Program-made: the position numbers and the translations under genes | In this document: in pieces, positions 59,212 through 64,000 of the stretch | Layout: every line of letters begins with the position of its first letter | Numbering within the stretch: the stretch's first letter is position 1 | Assembly (NCBI GenBank): GCA_043228905.1 | Contig: JBHGNT010000006.1 | Span: 8,556,001-8,620,000 of the forward strand | DNA: 64,000 nucleotides | Direction of reading: 5' to 3' | Origin: Azolla caroliniana | Lineage: Eukaryota > Plantae > Polypodiophyta | The notes under the pieces: model-generated | Told to the model about the DNA's origin: nothing | The model's input: the letters and a program-made list of their open reading frames with translations, nothing else | Databases searched by the model: none

Positions 59212-59763
59212 GTGTTGGAGCACAAGTGATGAGAGTGGTTGACAATGCATACTTTGCCCTAAAAAAGTTAAAGTGTTAGAGTATCACACTCTGATACAAT
59301 GCTCTACCTTTGATCATATTCGACTATGCTTTTCACACATCATATTTCTCTTACAATCACAATGTGCACTCTCGATTGCAATTTTCATTGGTAAAGCTCT
59401 TGAACATCGAGAGTCGCTACTCATTTTTGGTCTCATAGGTCATATATTTGACCTCCAAAAATGATAAGAGAATGAACCTTACCGCGCCCCTCAATTCAAA
59501 AGATCGTTATCTGTTCAAAGGGAGGAGAAAGAAAGAATACTCGATTCTTACTATTTCTTAGCTTCGAATGATAATACTTCCACCTGTTCGAAGAGGGAGC
59601 AAAAGCATCCTCTAGTTTCGAGCAGATGGAGGGTCTGCTTAGTGAGGGATTCACTCCCTATCAAAGATATATCCAGAAACGAGATTGAGAGGATTCAACC
59701 ATTATGGATTGATAGATTTCTAGAAGATTCCAATAGGTTTTTCCCATTCTATAAATATGCGGG

Positions 59764-59805
<42 letters not shown>

Positions 59806-60088
59806 CAGTTAGCTTATCCTAGTGGTAAGTCGTTACATTACTAGCACTATGTATTGGGTTCGAAACCCAATTTTCTCACCTCTCTATTACTCCATATATA
59901 TCTCTTATTTCACTAGATTCCATTGTGGCATGTAGGGGTTGAACCCATGATTACCTACTCTACATTGGGCAACCTATTCAGCTACATCTCTCTCTCTTTG
60001 GCGAAAACACACAATTATATTAATAAATATGTGTAAAAAACACTACGTACCATGGGTGTGTGACAATGGAGTATGGTCACCCACTAAT

Positions 60089-63000
60089 TGTTGGCATAAA
60101 AGGCCGACTCCTTCCAATTTGTATCGTAGTGTGAACTCGTCCAACAGAGTTAGGGCTTAGTATATAAGCAATAACCTAACGGTGTAAAAGAGTGAGAACT
60201 TCTTGAAGCGATCTTAGAGAGAGAGAGAGAATGAATGCAATAACAAAGCTTCCATTAAAACTTAAACCGTGTCTATCTTCTATTGTATCTTCGTGCTTCC
60301 ATTCTATGTAGTTTGTTGAACACATATGACAAGTCCTTATATACACACACATACGTTTCAGTGCATAGTCAATCAACAACTCGTATCAGAGCGACTTGCG
60401 GTTCGGCAACAACAAATAGTAGAAAAAGCTAAAAGGAAAAAGACCAAGTCAGTAAAATCTCACTTTCAAAGAAGAACATGGCTTCAACATCCGGAAAACA
60501 GGGGTCAAAATCAGAAAATTCGATGGCAAAAACTTTGCCCTATGGAAGGAGATGATGTAGGATGTGTTGATCATCAGAAGACAAGTCGAACCTATTTGAC
60601 ATAGTGAAAAACTTGCCTCAACGACAACCGAAGAGTGGAGATCTATAGACGAAATTGCACGCTCCACCATCCAAATGCATCTGGCCGAAAACGTCTACTT
60701 AAGCAATGCAAAAGAGACAACAACATTCTCATTGTGGGAGAAGCTACAAGCCGTGTACAAAAGCAAATCCTCGTCTTCAAAACTGATTTTGATCAAACAA
60801 CTATTTGACATGAAGATGAGAGAGACCGATCAGACTACCTCCCACATCAACACCTTCAACCAGGTGTTGTCAAAACTCTCCTCACAAGGGATCAACTTCG
60901 AAGAAGAAGTCAAAGCTCTTGCCATCCTATCAAACTTGCCGGCGAGTTGGGAGGTATTCTACACGACGTACGCCAACAGCCGACCAATCCTAAATCTAGA
61001 AGAGACAATCGGCGAAGTCCTCACTGAGGACATTCAGCGAAAATCGAGGGGACTCACCATCGACGAATTGGCAAAAGCCCACCACTCGACCGAGTTGGTT
61101 GATTGATTGAGTTGATCAAGAGAATAAGCCGATAGAGTCGGTCGAAAACGAGGGGAGACTGACAATGGTCGAAGTCGAGAACGGGCCGATCAGGCAAATT
61201 CTGGACACATTGCAGAAAAGCTGGCCACAGTGTTTTCGATTGATGGTCGATCAAGAGGAAAGAGAGTGGTCGCCGATCTGAGCGGAATCGAGGACGATCC
61301 AACTCAGACCACTCTCCAGTCGGCAACCAAATCAGCGTTGCTGACACCCAATTAGGAGAAATTCTCTACTTAGAGGATTCATCGATCAGAGAAGTCCTCT
61401 ACAGTGCACAAGATGCACACACGTGGCTACTGGAATCCGGTGCAACATTACACGTGACCCCAAACAACGAATGGTTTTCAAACTATTTGGTCGGGGCCAG
61501 TGACACAGTCCGATTAGGCAATGGGCAAGAGTGCAGAATAGCAGGAGTTTGAGAAGTCACAATTCAACTGTCAAATGACAACACAATAATCCTTCACCAA
61601 GTCCGGCACGTACCCGATCTGAAAAGGAGTTTGGTCTCCATCGGCATGCTAGCCAAAGACGGGTACAAAATGACCCTAAGTGAGTCGGTATGGATGATCA
61701 GCCAGGGAAATCTCAGAATTGGGAGTGGATATAAGTACAATAACTTGTACCCATTAATGACGATCAATTCAGAAGGGGTTGTGAACGTAGCTGAAAAGAC
61801 CGACCCAAACCTATGGCATGGTCCACTTGGCCATATGTCTCACGCCGGACTTGATCAACTCATGGCGGTCGGCTACATTCTGAAACTCCAAGCAAAAACG
61901 GACTTCTGTGAGCATTGTCAATACGGGAAAAAGACCTGAAGTCCGCACTCTCTCCACTACGAGACAATACGTCAGCCCCTAGAGCTTGTGCACACAAATA
62001 TATGTGGGCTCATGCTAGAGCGATCACTAAGAGTGTTATGGGCATGACCATATAATATCCCGTGGTGAGAATTTACCGTAGTATTCTATACACGTCCATA
62101 TAATATCCCGTGGTGAGAATTTACCGTAGTATTCTATACATGGGATATTATATGGTCATGCCCGTAACAAAGAGGTTCTCGATACTTCATCACTTTTGTA
62201 GATGACTATACACAGAAGGTCTGTGCCTACTCCATCAAGTCCAAAGACGACGCGCTCAAGGTCTTCACTAGGTCGATATCTGAGGTGGAGAACCGGTCGT
62301 GATACAGGGTCAAGACACTCCGATCCGACAACGGAGGTGAGTACACCTCTAGAGCCTTCAAATAGTACCTGTCCGACAAAGGAATCCGACATCAAAAGAC
62401 CGTTCCCTAAGCACCCATGCAGAATGGGTTGGCTGAACGAATCAACCGAACGATACAAGAGAGGGTGACAGCAATGATGTATCGAGCTAGACTGAAGCTT
62501 GAGTTCTAGGCCGAGGCATTGTAGATGGTAGTATACTTGGTAAATGCATCACCGTCGAAAGCAATCATGCTCGAAGTGCCATAGGCACTATGGTCAGGCA
62601 AACAACCGACCTACGATAGGCTTTGTATATTCGGATGTGAAGCCTACGCATTTATCCCCAGGGACAAAAGGACCAAGTTGGCACCCCATGCGACGAAGTG
62701 CATATTACTCGGTTATGGAACTGATGGGGACTTTGGCTACAAGCTATGGGACTTGGAAATTGATCCGGAGCAGTGATGTAGTCTTCAATGAAGATTATCT
62801 TCTCTCAATGGAACCAACAGAAAATAGTTCGTAAAAGGGTATCCTTCGAAGCCGAAAGAGATTTCGTGAAGGACCGTCCCACCAAGCTGAATCGGAGATT
62901 CGACAAACAGTCGAACTAGACCAAGCCGACAACATACCTACCAACTCTGAATTGGTCGGAGGTCCACTAGTCGAACTCAAAGACAAAGCTGATTCACCAA

Positions 63001-64000
63001 GAGTCAAACAAGGCAAAGTCAACAAGATGCGATTTGGCAACAAACCCAAGTCGACAAAGTCCATAAGGGAGGACAACATGACACCGTCGAAATCCCAAGA
63101 CGAGGACGAATCACCCAAGAGGACTCCTGACTTGAGTAGTTCCACAAATACCGATCGAACAACAGAGCCAATCGAAGAATCCAAACCGATCAATATGGCA
63201 CTCAGGAGATCTAGACGAAATCAAAGAACAACAGAGTTTTATTAACTGGGCCTCGACTATGTCCAATACACCGATGCAGGCGAACCCAACACATATGAAG
63301 AAGCTATGGCCGCACCGGACGCCGATACATGGCTACAAGCCATGAAATCCGAAATGGACTCAATTCATCAGAATTAGACATGGCAGTTGGTCAAACTACC
63401 AGCTTGAAGAAAGCCACTAGCTTGCAAATGGGTTTTCCGATACAAATATGTATCTGACTCAGAGAAACCCAAGTGCAAAACTTGACTTGTCGCGAAAGGG
63501 TTCAAACAAGAACATGGGGTCGATTACGACGAGATATTCTCACTAGTAATCAAGATGACCACCCTCAGACTCCTACTAGGAGTTGTGGCGACATAAGACC
63601 TAGAGCTAGAGCAGTTAGATGTAAAGACGGCGTTCCTACACGGAGATATGGAAGAATACATTTACATGTCTCAACCGGCAGGCTTCACGGCGACGAGGGA
63701 GGAAAGTCACCTCGTATGCCGCCTGAAGAAAAATCTCTATGGCTTGAAACAAGTGTCGAGGATGTGGTACCAAAAGTTCGATTCCTACATCAGGCAGCTT
63801 GGATACCGCCGATCGGACTCTGACCCATGCATGTACATTCGGCAATTGGCCGATGAGCCTAGGATTTATCTGATCCTATATGTCGACAATATGCTGATTG
63901 CAGGAAGCAATCAAGCAGAATCGGAAAGCTAAAGCGGAGCCTTCATGACAAGTTTGCGATGAAGGAACTCAGACAAGACTGTCACATACTGGGCATGAGG
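60089..64000 (+). mobile_element. Decayed Ty1/copia element continuing past the window end
   Basis: 5' LTR 60089-60378 (TG..CA); degenerate PBS TCGTATCAGAGC (60381-60392); gag, PR (WLLESGA), integrase (LRSDNGGEY) and RT (LILYVDNM) remnants. Confidence 0.9.
62034..62169. mobile_element. 136-bp TG..CA inverted-repeat element with a 5-bp TSD
   Basis: 28-bp TIR TGTTAYGGGCATGACCATATAATATCCC (one mismatch); TSD AAGAG; internal ~49-bp direct duplication. Removal restores the integrase frame RSLRGSRYFITF. Confidence 0.9.

Noticed and set aside
59810-59870. Functional tRNA gene
   Set aside because: Only A/B-box-like motifs are present, with no complete acceptor or anticodon stem.

Overview
This is eukaryotic land-plant nuclear DNA, probably from a seed-free plant such as a fern (inference only). 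It holds one intact host gene, an 18-exon MSP1/ATAD1-like AAA+ ATPase on the minus strand (24834-31217), in a dense transposon landscape. On the left, a hAT-type MITE (6125-6759) is followed by a second copy of the same family (9121-21284). That copy is split by a short-LTR Ty3/gypsy element, which in turn carries two Ty1/copia insertions; the TSD of each layer is readable. A 5'-truncated LINE follows. On the right are two different non-chromovirus gypsy elements (A 34812-41917, B 42054-52570), a copia solo LTR inside A, a full-length copia (52683-59211), and a decayed copia running off the window end with a 136-bp TG..CA hairpin insertion. The most unusual signal is in A and B. Neither has a polypurine tract. 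Exactly 2 nt from the 3' LTR both carry the same 17-mer, which resembles the 3' end of tRNA-Arg(UCU) including CCA (an inverted second PBS) and lies in a conserved, covarying hairpin. Both also encode a homologous ~900-1000 aa extra 3' ORF. This suggests a lineage whose plus strand is primed by a tRNA or a tRNA mimic. All coordinates and alignments were read by eye, and tRNA and family assignments come from recalled knowledge rather than database searches.
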